Of a stretch of DNA of 64,000 bases, positions 61,701 to 64,000 are shown one piece after another. Within the stretch, counting starts at the first letter, position 1. Each line of letters starts with the position of its first letter. The notes under the pieces were generated by a model, which saw nothing but the letters and a program-made list of their open reading frames with translations, did no database searches and had not been told where the DNA came from. Position numbers and translations under genes: made by a program. Source of the DNA: Schmidtea nova (Eukaryota); NCBI GenBank assembly GCA_044892505.1, contig CM097882.1:488436001-488500000 (forward strand), written 5' to 3'.

Positions 61701-61775
61701 GATGAGGTTATTGGGTGAGATGGGTATTATAATGTTGAGCCAAAACTGCAAATTGTTTAAATGAAGCGGTAACAC

Positions 61776-61960
61776 AACAAGTAGAGAGCGCGCAAGATTC
61801 TAATTTAACCAAAACATCAAGTAAAACCGAAGTAGTTAAATGAAAACACACTTAGATATTAAAGTGGACCAAAGTGCATTAACAAGTAGAGAGCGCGCAA
61901 GATTCTAATCTAAAGTCCTTTAACCAAAACATCAAGTAAAACTAAATGTGGTTAAAAGAA
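61776..61960 (+). repeat. Imperfect ~105-bp tandem duplication
   Basis: AACAAGTAGAGAGCGCGCAAGATTCTAAT at 61776 and 61881, each followed by TTAACCAAAACATCAAGTAAAAC. Confidence 0.8.
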
Positions 61961-64000
61961 ACATGTCTAAAAAGCTATAATAGACAAATAAACACATCGA
62001 ATATTTACGTGGAGAACGCATTCATGATATAAAACCTCGGTTGTGGAAATTTAGCATGTTTTCAGAAGGAAAATTGCGATTTTATCTTAAAAATTCATAA
62101 AAATATAAAAGAAAATAATTTTGATCTAAAATGTAGCAAATTAAATCAAATTAGAATAAACTTTAATTTAAAAGTAAAATTTTAGATTGAAAATAAATTA
62201 TTTAAAGTTTTATGAAAATTTGATGTAAAATTATTAATTTAATTTTGCGGAAAATTGTTGAAATTAATTTCGAGAAAATTAGAAACTCCTTCTAGAACGA
62301 TTTGTTTTAATACCTCAATGGAAATAAAAATGCAGAAAATTTATATAAATACCGCCATCAAAATGGAGAGAATTAGCATAAATGATATTTTGCAAAGGAT
62401 TTGCGGAAGAATTTTGTTGCTAAAAATTTTGAGGTTTTTAGCAGGGAAATTTTAACAAAGTATCTCTTACTACTAGTATACCAGTGTGACTCTACCAGAA
62501 TATTACGAAAGAAGATTATTTGTGGTCTTGAATCGAATTATTCGTAAAAAACTACTCGGCTACTCGGCCTAGGTATTTTTTCTTATTTTAACCTTAGTCT
62601 ATGTGTACTATATGATATATTATGTATTCTTTTATGAAAATTATAATTTTTTATATTCAAATTTTTATTAAATCTAGTCACATTTTCTCAGTTACTAATA
62701 TCATTTTATTGTTATTTATCATATATACATTTATATTTTTTTATGTATTTCATTAAAACCACTTCCATACATTCTGACATCGGTCTGGCCTCGAGCTGTA
62801 CCGATGAAAGTAGCCTGAGTGGATCGCTGTTCGGTTCGTAACTGGCAAGACCATTTTACCACCTCAGGTGAAGCCCAAACATCTATGATCACTTTATCTC
62901 ATATTGAGGAACAGTGGCTTGGCCAAGGACAAGGTTTTTCATATTAATGATAGTCAATCTATATTTATGTATTTTTATTTGAACTATATTTTACAGCATA
63001 CAGTGCATTTAAAAACTGATACTTCAGCAAAATATCAACGTCAATTCATCCATCAATGTCTTTTCTACGATAAAATTTATCAGCACAAAAATATCCAGCT
63101 CGTTATTCGCCTTCGCTCCATAAACGTCGTCTTTACTTCACTATGAAAGAATTCGCAATATCGATCGGAAAGTCAAATGTATAAAAGATCATAAATGACC
63201 ACTCGAAGAATAGTAAAATATTATATTGAATAATGCTTACTGATTATACTCGATAATAGTTCGTTGAATTTTTACCAAACCGTAAACATCATTGGTAAAA
63301 TCTTCTAAAAGTTGCAGAGATCGCCAAGAGAACCGTCTCGAATTTTATATATATTTTATTTCAGAAGTTCGTATATGATCGGAATTAATTTTTGTAAAAA
63401 TTTATAATTTATTTCTAAAGATAATTTAATAAATTTTTTGAATTATTTAGATTGTGGAATTTGGGAATAAAAATGTTATTATTGTACAAATTTTATAGAA
63501 TTTTTAGATTTGGTTATGAAAATAAAAATTTACTTTTATAGATACTATGTTATGTAAAAATTGTAATATGGAAATTATAAATCAAAATTTTTCCTAGAAA
63601 TTCTTATATCAAACCTTATATTGGAATACGTGAAAATTATAAGCCAAAAATCTTATTATAATTTTTTTTATTTTATAAAATTCTAAATTTGAAATTTTGT
63701 AGAAAAATTTACAATTAGTATATATTTATATAAAAATCATAAGTCAAAAATTTATTATCATATTATAAAATTAGAAATTTTATTATTATTTAACTTTTAT
63801 AAAATTGTAAATTTAAAATTTTGTTAAAAGAATAGTAAAATTATTATTATTATTATTTTAATTCTAAAAATATTTATATATAAATATGTATTATTTTATG
63901 AATACCCCGCACGATATCACAAAAGTCATAACACATCCATATTTGCAAAACAATACATCCATACCATTCATTAACACCATCCATAACTAATAACCCATGA

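Noticed and set aside
1-64000. rRNA, tRNA genes, bacterial-style operons or terminators
   Set aside because: None recognised. The tRNA-complementary stretches are PBS sites only.

Overview
A very AT-rich eukaryotic (invertebrate-like) scaffold with six N-gaps. The organism cannot be named from sequence alone. The left half holds a minus-strand amphiphysin/BIN1-like gene (BAR + SH3), which I traced by hand over about 198-29066. Most of its introns are 40-66 bp, but one is 17.6 kb and packed with transposons: an LTR-complete Ty3/Gypsy element with an internal inversion, an intact DD34D mariner nested in a hAT MITE, and several other MITEs. The region 30.6-51 kb is a nest of decayed elements: three further Gypsy copies, three hAT elements, a MULE relic followed by permuted beta-tubulin fragments, and a BEL/Pao gag preceded in frame by a decayed ubiquitin. 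The right end holds unidentified decayed coding-like DNA and one intact intronless 283-aa ORF joining a retroelement-type RNase H (D-E-D-D intact) to a C-terminal dsRNA-binding domain. The best leads are the RNase H-dsRBD gene, the ubiquitin-Gag fusion, the Pack-MULE-like tubulin capture and a foldback family with copy-specific mirrored arms. All family assignments come from motifs recognised by eye; no database searches were run. No rRNA, tRNA or CRISPR array was found.
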